Source of the DNA: Antedon mediterranea
Taxonomy: Eukaryota; Animalia; Echinodermata
Length of the DNA: 64,000 bases
Direction of reading: 5' to 3'
NCBI RefSeq assembly: GCF_964355755.1
Contig: NC_092672.1
Location: forward strand, 29,890,437-29,954,436
Position numbers and translations under genes: made by a program. Every line of letters begins with the position of its first letter. The first letter of the stretch is position 1. This document shows positions 24,465-37,400 of this stretch, piece after piece. The notes under the pieces are model-generated. The model saw nothing but the letters and a program-made list of their open reading frames with translations, searched no databases and was not told the origin of the DNA.

Positions 24465-27400
24465 ATGATGTATTTGTTTATTTGTTTTTGTTTTCTTTTC
24501 AACTTTTTGAATTCTCATGCGGGTGAGTTGATTCTTATTTTTTTCTTCAAATAGGTAGTACTAATACAAATTGGTGTTTTGTGCATTTCAGTAAAAAAAA
24601 ATGTGTATTTTTTTGGCTAAAATGCAACTAATTCATAAAAACATTCCAAATTCAATTACAATATTTATGAGAATAGTAAATAATGTATATAAAACACTAA
24701 TTCATATAGAAAAAAAATATCATGTAATATTAATGAGAATATTTATTTTCGTATGTTTAAAAAATATATGTAAATAATATGATATTTGCGCTCTTCTGCT
24801 TTCAAATATAATGAATATAGTTCTTTGAATGCAAAAAGAATGAAAAAAACGGTCTTCATAATTTTAGATTCTTTTCTTTATTAAAAAATAATGCGTATAC
24901 ATTTTTCTTATATGAAATATTTGAAAGAAATATAAAACTAATAATAAATTTAAGATTTATAGTTAATAGAATAGAATTTTGGAACGACGATAAAGGCATC
25001 ATGCACATATCGCTACTTTTTAAAGAATCTTTATTTATAACCAATTAAATCAAAATATTAGATTTCTAAATAATTTATATAAGTGTTTATACTAAATATA
25101 ATACTTATCTCATAGGCCTATATGTACTATAATCCATAGCTAGTTGACAAATCTACACTTTGTAATGAAATAAAATTTTATTTCAGCACTCATATCTTAT
25201 GGGAAGCCAGCAACATCATTGTCTGTATATCCAGGTTCTTCACCTGTATATTCGACTGACGGGAAGGAAAGAACATACTGTTTCCATTCAGGTGATATAC
25301 AGTCTAGACCACCGTAATCTAAAATAAATAATTATGTACAGCGATCCATATATGGTTATACCATGGAGAAAAAAGTTATATTTCTCCATCCATGGTTATA
25401 TACGAAATTCGCATGGGTTAGGCATATTTGGTTTGCGCGAGATGAAAATTGATACAAAGGCCAACAAAGGGATTTGGCGTTTTTTCATCGATTTTGGCAT
25501 AACACTGATTCCATTCGTGAAACTGTAACAGGTTCAGCTATTGAAGTGTCAAGAATTGCAATTGAGGAAATTTTATTTTTAGGCTATACCGGGCCACAAA
25601 AATATGGCGAATATTTACTATTGGCCGCCTTGGCTATACGGTATTTAGGGCTATAACTTTACGTAAACAGATACAAATTCATAACATAAAATATTTACAT
25701 TTGTTAAAGCAAAAACACAGGTTGGTGAATGGCTGAAAGTTGATCTTGGAGCAAACTATACGATTACATCAGTGGTCATCGTTAATAGAATAAGTAAACT
25801 TTTTTATCGCAATTATTAATGTCATTTTCACCTTCCATTCCACGTACAATTATCATTTTTATACGTATTTAAATTATCATTTTACCTAATAAATATAAAA
25901 TATAAAATAATATAATATATTATAAATAATATATAAATATATAAAACAATATTATTGTTTTATATATTTGCACATTCTACCAAAGTAGTCAAGCCGCTTG
26001 TGGAAAACAAAAGAAAAACTAATCCGTAAACAAAACAAAAAATACCAAATCTAGGCAAAACTCAACATAACTGCTTTCCGTTTAATATAGTACAAAACTC
26101 ACATTTGTTTGTTAGATAAGCATCTCACTAGACAATACAAATCAGTAGGCTGGGGACGGACGCATTTTGTATAATTATTTGTGAAATGATGACTTTTTGG
26201 CTTTTTCTGTTGTTGTTGCGGCCAAACAATGGGCCAGAATTCAAACTCTTTTGGCTTTATGACATTTTGTTTTGTCCTTCTTTTTTATAGCCCACTTTTA
26301 TTCATTCTTTCCTGCATATGCTAACATAATATTTAGAATTCTTTTTCTTTTTCGTTGTATAAACCATTATTATCTAACATATTTAACATTTGTCCACTTA
26401 AATTCTTTATGTTAATTTCTGAACAAACAAGACTTATTCAAATTATGTGTCAAATCATGATTTTACCAACAATTCATGACCACGTGATTTTTCATTCCTT
26501 AACAAGTAAAGCAATTTTGTCAATAGATTTGGTCCACTGTGTGCCGTAGTCATTATTGATCGTTATGGTATTCATTTTTTATCGTTACGGTATCATTATC
26601 AATTGTTACGGTATCGTTATCGATATTGATATCACTATCAGTATTGATCAATATTATTATGATCATCATTACTTAAATCTTACGTACATCTTAACTAAAT
26701 ATTTATAAACAGCTTCATCTGATTTTAACAATGAACGTATTGCTGGTGCTGTGGTAACGATTAAAACGGATGATATGAGTACAGAAACCACGTGTGGTCA
26801 TACTGTAACAATTGCCGATTCGTTACGCGCTCCATTGATTGAATTTACCTGCAACCCACGAATCAGAGGACGCTACGTGAAACTATGGTTTCCGAATAAA
26901 AGGAATACATTACCATTTGTGAAATTAAGGGCTACACAGATGATTTAAGCCAAGGTAAGTTGTTAGAAAGGCCTAGTTTTTTTTTTATAATATGCCTTTT
27001 ATTATTTCTTTGTTTAATTGCCCAATATAACGACACCACCTTAAAGTTTTTGTCTTGAATTATTTTTTTTGGATATACAAAGAGGCAATGACTATTGGTT
27101 TTCAGGAAAATCGAAATATTGGTGATGTCACAAAAGTGAAAAATGGAGTATCTGTATCTTTAATATGGGATCGAAATATTAAATAGCGCGCCCTCTATTG
27201 ATCTCCCCTTTTGTCAAGCGCTTAACTTATCTTTGTATTACTTCTTTTTCAGTTTTAATAATTTTGTACGAAGCCAATGTACAGAAACGAGAGTGGGAAA
27301 AGATTTTGCACTCTTACCATAATTTTATAACTTGATATAATAACTTTTAAATAAAGACAGAAAACAGTTAACTTTTTGTTCATATGAACGTGGGTCATTT

Positions 27401-28590
27401 GATGTTCTCAATTTCTACAGAGCCTCAGTGTGCGACTCCAATCCAGGTCAGTCCATTGAACAAGACTTACTATTTAAAAGACATATCTGGCAATGGAAAT
27501 TACTTAAGTGGATCACCTGATCTAGCATTTACTACTGGTATTTATGGCGAGCAAGATGAAGCAGTATTGATAAACAAAGATATTGGTTCGCAAATAACAT
27601 TACTCTATGGACACAAAGGCCCGACCTTTACATTGGCTTTCTATGTTCTCATGAACGACGGTTCAAAAAAGGCCTTCGTTTATTCCGACTCATTTGAAAT
27701 TATATTTGCGTTTCCTGTTGATCATCTATATCATGTGTCAGAGGTAGCAGTTAATTACAACGTGTATGGTGAAGTTATTCGTTGCCATGCCTTGCGTTCT
27801 GAAGAGTGGACATTCTTTGCTCTTACTTTCAACGGATTCGAAAGAAAAATACGACTTTGGAGAAACGGGGAGATTGCTTGTATGGCTGATACGGGATTCT
27901 CAGAAATCAATTTTGGAAGCATTGTGTTTGGTGGTGACGAGAGTGTAATGAAGATGGCCAAGCTACAGGTTTACTATGAGAGCCTTGATGAATATGAGAT
28001 AAAAGAAGCGAGAGACCTGGACAATGTTATTAGGAGTAAGAATTATTGTCCTTAATACACATCAGTTAATGATTATGATTATCAGTTGAAATCATTGTAA
28101 TCATCATCATCATAAACGTATTGATTTTATTTATTGTTATCGTTACTATCAACATATATATTCATTGTATTCTTGTTATTTCTGGTTTTCGAGTTATAAC
28201 TCCTTTTTATGCATATTTTTTTATCCTTTCTAATAAGTACTATAGTTTATAGTAAGTATTTCTAATAACAATGCCGTTTTTACTTTCGCCTTTGTCTTTT
28301 TATTCTGACTTATAAGTAGTATACATTTTAATTATTTTGCAGGTGATGAATGCTCGAAATCAAACCTTTTCCATGTCCACGTATCCACAACTGGAAATGC
28401 GCCACCATCGGTTGTAAGCCGTTCTTCTACACACTCGGAGGTCTTTTGCGTATTGAGATGTCGCAGAAACATAAATTGTTTTGGAATTATTTATAATCAC
28501 GAAACACAAAGCTGTGAAGAATTTAACGGAAATAATTTGTCAAATATTGAGACAGATTTAATTCGCAAGTACTACGTGGCAGTTCGGTAA
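24465..28590 (+). pseudogene. Copy D, single -1 frameshift in an A-run of exon 4 (possibly intact if this is a sequencing error)
   Basis: Exons 24465-24522, 25187-25291, 25710-25793, 26713-26954 (242 vs 243 nt; AATAAAAGG vs AATAAAAAGG near 26900), 27421-28035, 28343-28590. Confidence 0.7.
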
Positions 28591-30544
28591 ACTGATTGCA
28601 AGTTTAAAATTGTGATTTAGGCCTACTATTACCGAAAATAGAGTAAAAGGCTAAATAGCTTTCTCCCTCCCTAAAATGTATTGTGCGAAAAAGTACATAG
28701 TAATTTCATTTACAATTTTAAAATATTTCAAACGCGGCAGCATTGATACAAATCAAAATTGACTTGGAAAATAAAACATCACAGATCGCTTTATATTACC
28801 GATACCGATTTTATATTTGGGATGATTTAACATTTGGGAGAAAATCTGTCAAAAGATTATTAAATTAAATTATTAAAATTATTAAAATATGTTCTTGGTC
28901 AGGCAATTATCTTTTGATAACGTCATCACGTCTACAAATTTGATTGACCTTGGTAACGTAATGTCACGTGTATTTTGTATAGAAATCTTATTATTATGAA
29001 TGGTCCGGTTTATTATTATACGTATATTATTTTATAAGTAAATTGCGTCCACTTTCGCACTTAAAAAAACATCTGTTTTTAAAGGTTAGTTAATGACATT
29101 TTAAAAATAGCTGAATTGTATTCATCATCAGCAAAAAAAAAACAAACAAACAAAACAAATATTTAAAAAAACATAACCTAACCTGGCATAAAGAAATAAA
29201 AAATAAAAAATAAAACTAATAAAAATAGATAAATAAAAATAAATAAAATAGAATGATAATAATAAATAAATAAATAATAAAATCATAATAAAAATATAAT
29301 AATATAACAATAAAAATACATATATATATATATATAATATATATATAAACACATCAGACACAGAGAAAGAAATAACATTAAAAATAAAGGAATCAAAAGA
29401 AAAGAAACATGAGACAGACAGCAAATATGTCATGACAGTTTCAAAGAAAGGAAGTTTTTCATGTTAAGTCTGACTAAATGAAATTTTCAGTAAATGTAGT
29501 CAGTAAACACATTTATTTAAAGTCATTTAAACAATTAGTATTAGCAGATAAATGTGATATTTAAGGTTGTATATTGTTTGTTATTACATTGAATTAGATA
29601 TATATTGTACCACGGTGGAGCTTTAACATAAAAACATTTCACTTTTAAGCTAAAAAGGCATCTATTATCCACATATAATCACTGAATCCTAAATAATATT
29701 AATTCAAATTTCATTGATATTTTCAATCGGTTGTTTTTGTTTACTTTGGTTTTTTTAATGATTTTTTGATATTTTTTATTTTTTGGCAGCCCACCACAAA
29801 TTTACACTTTCTGGGGTTCGCCTCTCTTATTTAAAATTGTTTTTTTTACAAACACTGTTAATAGAAAAGAGAAAAGAAATAAATGTTCTGAATAATAATA
29901 ACGAAAGTTTAGCAACTTTGTGTCAACATTTTGATTGGCATTTACAATTTATCAAAAATTATCTAGTAAATTGATGTAAGAGTTTGCAAATGACAGTTGT
30001 AGCCGATAAATAAAATAATTAACTAAATACAAATAACAACAAAATAAATCAATCATTTTTTTTTATTTGTTCACTTTTGAAAAAATGTAAAATATCATAA
30101 CACATTAAGATTAAAGGAAAGGAAATATTCAAAAAAGGTTCCAATTCCACGAATTGAAAAAATGACGTTTCGTTTAATATGGCTAATAATAGAGATTTTT
30201 AGACAAGAATTTCCCTTCTCATCAATTACAGGTTTTAATTCTGTTTTCAATTTTTACAAAAACTTTTATCTTGAATGTTTTGAACTTGATCGTTTGTATA
30301 TTATTCGTTTTATTATAATAGAATTTAAAATATATTTAAAGTCAATTCTAAAGTTTGCTAGTGTCTATTTCTGCAACTTGTTTTCTGCAGATTGTCGAAG
30401 TTTGTCAACGGCTTTATACTTGTAAACTTTTGAAAACCTTTCTTGATAAACTCGGAGTTTCCTCGAGTTTACAGTTCTTAGATTTACATCATTAGGTAAA
30501 ACAAAAGTTTATTAAGTAGAAAACGTTTACCTTTTTCACTATGT

Positions 30545-30950
30545 ATTATTTTCTTCAAATAGGTAGTACTAATATAAACATTTTGAAATGCTATGATAGG
30601 CCAACTTGATAGTATTCTTACATCTTCAGATTGGTGTTTTGTGCATTTCAGTCAAAAAGAAACTTGTATTTTTTTGCTAAAATGCATTTAAACATAGTAA
30701 ACATATATTTAAAAATAATTAATTAATAAAAACATTCCAAAAATTCAATTACAATATTTATGAGAATAGTAAATAATGTATTTAAAACACTAGGCCTAAT
30801 TCATATAGAAAAAAAAATATACTTATTGTTGATCACGAAACAAAAAGCTGTGAAGAATTTTAAAGGAATTAATTTGTCAAATATTGAGACAGATTTAATT
30901 CGCTAGTACTACGTAGCAGTCTGGTAAAAAAAAACTGTTGTTGTAATTGA
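30545..30950 (+). pseudogene. Collapsed gene remnant (intron-1 piece joined to exon-6 tail)
   Basis: Upstream flank jumps into intron-1 sequence at ~30545 (exon 1 absent), then into the exon-6 tail GATCACGAAACAAAAAGCTGTGAAGAA at 30831. Confidence 0.75.
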
Positions 30951-31299
30951 ATATTAATAAAAGTCAATACAATAAAGTAGAAAAAGAAAGTAAATAATAA
31001 GTAAAATAATACTAATAAAACAAATAAAGCAATGATTTAACATTTTTTAAATGTTGTAAAAGGAAACAAAGAACAATGTTTTTATTTTCATCTTTTCAAT
31101 AACAAGAATATTCATGTTAAAAATGTTTACATAATTAGGTAAAAATGTTTACATAATTATTATTATAAAGTGAAATTGTTTACATATTATTAGTTAATGT
31201 TTAAGTAGGCTTAGGTTTACATCATTAGGTAAAACAAAAGTTTACATTTATTAAGTAAAAACAAAAAATAACATATTAGTTTATTTATTAAGTAGAAAA

Positions 31300-31896
31300 A
31301 AACTCTTTAATTAGTAACTTTGATATCTCAATAAGAATTTTCTTCTATGTGTGCATGTGCTAAATAATTCGTTTCTTTGATTAAGAGAGCAAATATCAGG
31401 CTTATATATAATGAAATATTTCACTTGCAGACATAGGTTGCAGCGTTTACTTATATTGGAATAAGGCCTACATTTGGCTAATACTCGCCATTTAATATTA
31501 TATTTAATGTTGTCATCTTTAAGTTTCCAAACATGTTGGCTAAGCGCTGTACTATTTTTATACTTTTCATTACGGAAGGAGCTTGTATGACCATTGTATC
31601 TACACTTAAAGTATTTTCTGTCAGTCCAACATATGTTTCAACTTTGTTAGTGTAATTTCTTGTGACAGTGGCCTGGTATACTACACCACTTGTTAAGCAT
31701 TTCCCATCTAAAGGGCAAATCAAATACAAATATATAAACTGAAAGATACACTAATTATGATAAATAAGTTAACAAACGTTTCATAACTAAACGACTTTTT
31801 TTATTAAACATGTAAATATATATGAGATTCTGTAATTGCTGTTTATGTATAACATTGAATGAATAAAGGTGGTAGTTAACCACAAAAGAAAAAAAA
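31300..31896 (-). mobile_element. Penelope-like GIY-YIG endonuclease 3' fragment, with a + strand polyadenylated tail
   Basis: Minus strand [26 protein letters not shown], then frameshifted ..[32 protein letters not shown] at 31311. AATAAA 31862 plus A-run ending ~31898 on +. Flanking repeat AAGTAGAAAA at 31290-31299 / 31897-31906. Confidence 0.8.
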
Positions 31897-32372
31897 AAGT
31901 AGAAAAGTTTTACATTTGTTACTATGTTTTAAGAAATTACATTATATTTTCGCCTAGACTGTTTGATTCACAAGATCACGATAGAACTTGCTCTATTGTG
32001 ATTCAACTTTGACAAAACTTTATTCTGTTTTGAACTTGTCTATTGTAGAATATAATTTTAAATAAATTTAATGAAAATAGTAAACAGGTCATTATTGACA
32101 GGCTAGCTAATTAGACTACGACAATCCATCGAGATCAATGGCGATGTTTTAATATACAGAAGTCTTATGCGTTGCTGAAGTAAAATTTCTATAACCCAAG
32201 AATAGTTACTCAATTATTTAGTGAAGCATCCATTCATTGACTGCGGCTGTAAGTAACTAAGATTCTAAATTTCATCCGCCAGAGCGCCTCTTAAGTTTAC
32301 GCATGTGCACTTAATTCCTATAAGTAAACTATCTTAAACGTTGAGGGCACTTTTGGAACGTGGTTCTTCCAA

Positions 32373-34157
32373 TAAAAGAATAGATAGAGTTAAATCGACT
32401 AAATTCCTTGGAGTACATAATTTATTGATGAATTTCTCACATATTATAAGAATCACATCAATGTTACAGCTAGGAAAATATCTCGATATGTAGGCATACT
32501 ATATAAAGTAAGACATTTTTTACCAACCTATGCTCTCTGGACAATATACAAATCACTCATTGAACCAGTATTAAATTATTGCAACATAATATGGTGTAGT
32601 ACATTTCCAAGTTATCTAGATGAGTTAGTTATTTAAACTCCAGAAAAGGGCATTTCGAGCTATAACATGGTCATAGTTTAATGATTCAATGACTGAATGT
32701 TTCTATAAATTTAAACTTCTTAAAATTGCGGATATCAATAGGTACCAAATTGAGCTTTTCATGTATAATGTTACTACTAATCAGGACGTGCGTTTTTCAT
32801 CGCTCTTTATTAAAAATGGTTCTAACCATTATTATAATGTAAATAAACGTATGGCTTAAAGCAAATAAGCTGTTACTGAATGTCAGCAAAACTAATTACG
32901 TTGTTTTTAGAACTAACCAAAAGAACTTTGACAAAAACCAGTTTAAAATAAAAATGAATAATGTGTTATTACATAGAAAAGAAAATGTGACATTTCTAGG
33001 TGTAATTTTAAACGAAAATCTTAACTGGAAACATCACATACAGCTTATTAGGAAAAAAATGTCTAGGGCAATTGGTATACTTTTAAAAGTAAGAGAATTC
33101 TTTCCTCATAAAGTCCGTATTAGTCTTTATAACACCTTAGTATTACCTCACCTTCAGTATGGTAACTTAATATGGGGAAATACATACAAGAGCAAATTAG
33201 AAGTAATACTAAAACTCCAAAAGAGAGCTGTAAAATGCATTACCTTCTCTAAATCCAGACAAGCCTCAGAGCCACTGTTTAAGAAACTAAAAATATTAAA
33301 CGTTTATGATATTTACAAAGTAAACGTCATAGGATTTATGGCAAACGTAAAATTCAATGAATTACCACATCACATTTTAAATATTTTTAATTACTGTGAC
33401 AGTATTAGGCCTACTCATAACCTCAGAACAGAAACTGAATTCGAAATTCCCTTCACAAGACTAACTTGCAGTCAACAGTTTATACACATATATGGACCAA
33501 AATTGTGGAAAGAATTCACTTGTAATGGTGGTAATAAACCGGTTATCTTAAAGAAACAAAATAAATGTATAAAAAAACAGGTCAAAAAATACTTTTTATC
33601 ACTCTATGCTGATTAACAACACCTTTGTTTATTTAAGTTCTATATACTTGTTCTTATGTAAAAGGGTCCTACAAAAAAACTAAGCTACAGCTTTTTTATG
33701 CAGGATCCCTGTTTTCAGTTGTACTGTAATTATGATGTACTGTAATTGATGACTAAATAAATGTGGAATAAATAATACAAGATCTAAAGACAAAATGAGA
33801 CTAAGAAAACGTAATCGTACTTCCACTAGTTTTACTGTGTCATGTGTGGGACCTAAATTGTGGAATGACTTGAATTACGAACTACAAAGTACCAAATCAA
33901 TATTTATATTTAAATCATTGTTTAAAGAACATTAATTATCATTTTACAAATAATTTTAAAATAATACTTGTTGCAGGATTTAGCTTTTTTTTATTATTTA
34001 TGTTTTAGTTTTTAGGCTAGTTAGGGACGTAGGGGGACACAACTAATCAAGCTCTTTTGAGTTTTTATGTGTTTCCTTTTCATCTTTTTTTTTCTATGTT
34101 CTCATATATTGTTGTATATTTTCATGATTGATGATGAATAAAGAATATTTGAATTTG
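32373..34157 (+). mobile_element. 5'-truncated CR1/L2-group LINE (outer), interrupted by a second LINE
   Basis: Empty site CTTCCAAGGTCAC at ~17411. Degenerate TKFLGV..LNYCNIIW..KLQKRA..NHYYN|TRS..GPKLWNDL; tail AATAAA plus ATTTGAATTTGA. Confidence 0.8.
32839..33776 (+). mobile_element. 5'-truncated CR1/L2-group LINE (inner); ORF 32954-33616 is the C-terminal part of ORF2
   Basis: FLGVILNENLNWKHHI, LYNTLVLPHLQYGNLIWG, LQKRAVK, GPKLW motifs; ATAAT at both junctions (32834-32838 / 33772-33776). Confidence 0.85.
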
Positions 34158-34443
34158 AAGGTCACTGTGTGTTTTTAAATTATGCATTTAAATAGTTAAT
34201 CAATATTCATTACAATCGGTAATCTATAGTTTTGCCTCAAATATGAACAATTTAAATTTTTACATTATGATCAAGTTTTGTTCACTATAAATTTTAATTA
34301 TTATATTGTTAACACATCATGCATACAAACGTTTGTATTGTTTGAGTGTTACATTAAAAATTATTTTAATATGTATGCAAGCGTAGTAGGATTACAATGC
34401 CAGTTTATTAACAGAAAGAATGTAACCAACATACATACTTCGG

Positions 34444-37400
34444 ATGATGTATTTCTTTATTTGTTTTTGTTTTCTTTTCACCTATTTGAATTCTCATGCG
34501 GGTGAGTTTATTTTAATTTTTTTCTTCAAGCAGGTAGTACTAATATAACAATTTTGAAATGCTATGATAGGCCAACTTGATATGCATTCTTACATCTTCA
34601 GATTGGTGTTTTGTGTATTTTAGTCAAAAAAATGTGGGTTTTTTGTGCTAAAATGCATTATTAAAGCACAGTAAACATATATTTAAAAATAACTAATTCA
34701 TAAAAACATTCAAAATTCAATTACAATATTTATGAGAATAGTAAATAATGTATTTAAAACACTAATTCATATAGAAAAAAAATATAATGTAATATTTATG
34801 AGAATATTTATTTTCGTGTGTTTAAAAAATGTATGTAAATATTATTATGATATTTGCAGTCTTCTGCTTTAAAATATAATGAATATAGTTCTTTGAAAGA
34901 GAATGAAAAAAACGGTCTACATAATTTTAGATTCTTTTCTTTATTAAAATACATTTTTCTTATGTACAATTTTTAATAAACGTATTTGAAAGAAATATAA
35001 AACTAATAATAAATTTGAGATTTAATTTTGAAACGACGATAAAGGCATGCACATATCGTTACTTTTTAAAGAATCATTATTTATAACCAATTAAATCAAA
35101 ATAGTAGATTTCTTAATAATTTATATAAGTGTTTGATTCCTTATACTTATCTCATGTACTTAAATGCATAGCTCGTTGACAAATCTACATTTTGTAATAA
35201 AATAAAATTGTATTTCAGCACTCATATCTTATGGAAAGCCAGCAACATCATTGTCTGTATATCAAAGTTTCCTACCTGTATATTCGACTGACGGGAAGAA
35301 AATAGAACCAGGCGTGATCACTGTCTAGGCCACCGTAATCTAAAATAAATAATTATGTACAGCGATCCATATATGGTTATATCATGGAGAAATAAGTTAT
35401 ATTTCTCCATCCATGGTTATATACGAAATTCGCATGGGTTAGGCCTATTTGGCCTATTTGGTTTGCGCAGGATGAAAATTGATACAAATGCCAACAAAGG
35501 GATTTGGCGTTTTTTCATCGATTTTGGCATAAAACTGATTCCATTCGTGAAACTGTAATTCAGCTATTCAAGTGTCAAGAATTGCAATTGAGGAAATTTT
35601 ATTTTCGGGCTATACTGGGCCACAAAAAATATGGCGAATATTTACTATTGGTCGCCTTGGCTATACGCTATTTAGGGCTATAACTTTACGTAAACAGATA
35701 CAAATTCATAACATAAGATATTTACATTTTTTAAAGCATACACACAGGTTGGTGAATGGCTGAAAGTTGATCTTGGAGCAAACTATACGATTACAACAGT
35801 GGTCATCGTTAATAGAATAAGTAAACTTTTTTATCGCAATTATTAATGTCATTTTCACCTTCCATTCCACGTACAATTATCATTTTTATACGTATTTAAA
35901 TTATCATTTTACCTAATAAATATAAAAATAATATAATATATTATAAGTAATATATAAATATATAAAACAATATTATTGTTTTATATATTTGCACATTCTA
36001 CGAAAGTAGTCAAGCCGCTTGTGGAAAACAAAAGAAAAACTAATCCGTAAACAAAACAAAAAATACCAAATCTAGACAAAACTCCACATAACTGCTTTCT
36101 GTTTACTATAGTACAAAACTCACATTTGTTTGTTAATTATGTAAGCATCTCACTAGACAATACAAATCAGTAGGCTGGGGACGGACGCATTTTGTATAAT
36201 TATTTGTGAAATGATGACTCTTTGGCTTTTTCTGTTGTTGTTGCGGCCAAACAATGGGCCAGAATTCAAACTCTTTTGATTTTATGACATTTTGTTTTGT
36301 CCTTTTTTATAGCCCACTTTTATTCATTCTTTCCTGCATATCCTAACATAATATTTAGAATTCTCTTTTTCGTTGTATAAACCATTATTATCTAACATAT
36401 TTAACATTTGTCCACTTAAATTCTTTATGTTAATTTCTGAACAAACAAGACTTATTCAAAGTATGTGTCAAATCATGATTTTACTAACAATTCATGACCA
36501 CGTGATGTTTCATTCCTTAACCAGTAAAACAATTTCATCAATAGATTTGACCCACTGTGTGCCGCAGTCATTATTGATCGTTATGGTATTCATTGTTTAT
36601 CGTTACGGTATCATTATCAATCGTTACGGTATCGTTATCGATATTGATGTCACTATCAGTATTGATCAATATTATTATGATCATCATTACTTAAATCTTA
36701 CGTACATCTTAACTAAATATTTATAAACAGCTTCATCTGATTTTAACAATAAACGAATTGCTGGTGCTGTGGTAACGATTAAAACGGATGATAATGAGTA
36801 CACAAACCACGTGTGGTCATACTGTAACAATTGCCGATTCGTTACGCGCTCCATTGATTGAATTTACCTGCAACCCACCAATCAGAGGACGCTATGTGAA
36901 ACTATGGTTTCCGAATAAAAAGGAATACATTACCATTTGTGAAATTAAGGTCTACACAGATGATTTAAGCCAAGGTAAGTGGTTAGATAGGCCTAGTTTT
37001 TTTTTTATAATAGGCCTTTTATTATTTCTTTGTTTAATTGCCCAATATAACGACACCAGCTTAAAGTTTTCGTCCTGAATTATTTTTTTTGGATATACAA
37101 AGATGCAATGACTATTGATTTTCAGGAAAATCGAAATATTGGTGATGTCACAAAAGTGAAAAATGGAGTATCTGTACAGTGGGAAAGCCACTTCGCGTTT
37201 TTTGACCGTTAAATCGTGTAAAATCGACTTACTTCCGCATTGACGATTTTGAAGCGCCACCTATCGTTGAAAACTGAAACCACGATTTTTCGTCGCCTAG
37301 CAAATAAGTGCTGTTTTATTTTAAGCTCTCATGAATATTTAAGAACCGCCCAACATTACCTATTATGGTAAAAGCATTTCCTAATAAGTATTATTGAATA

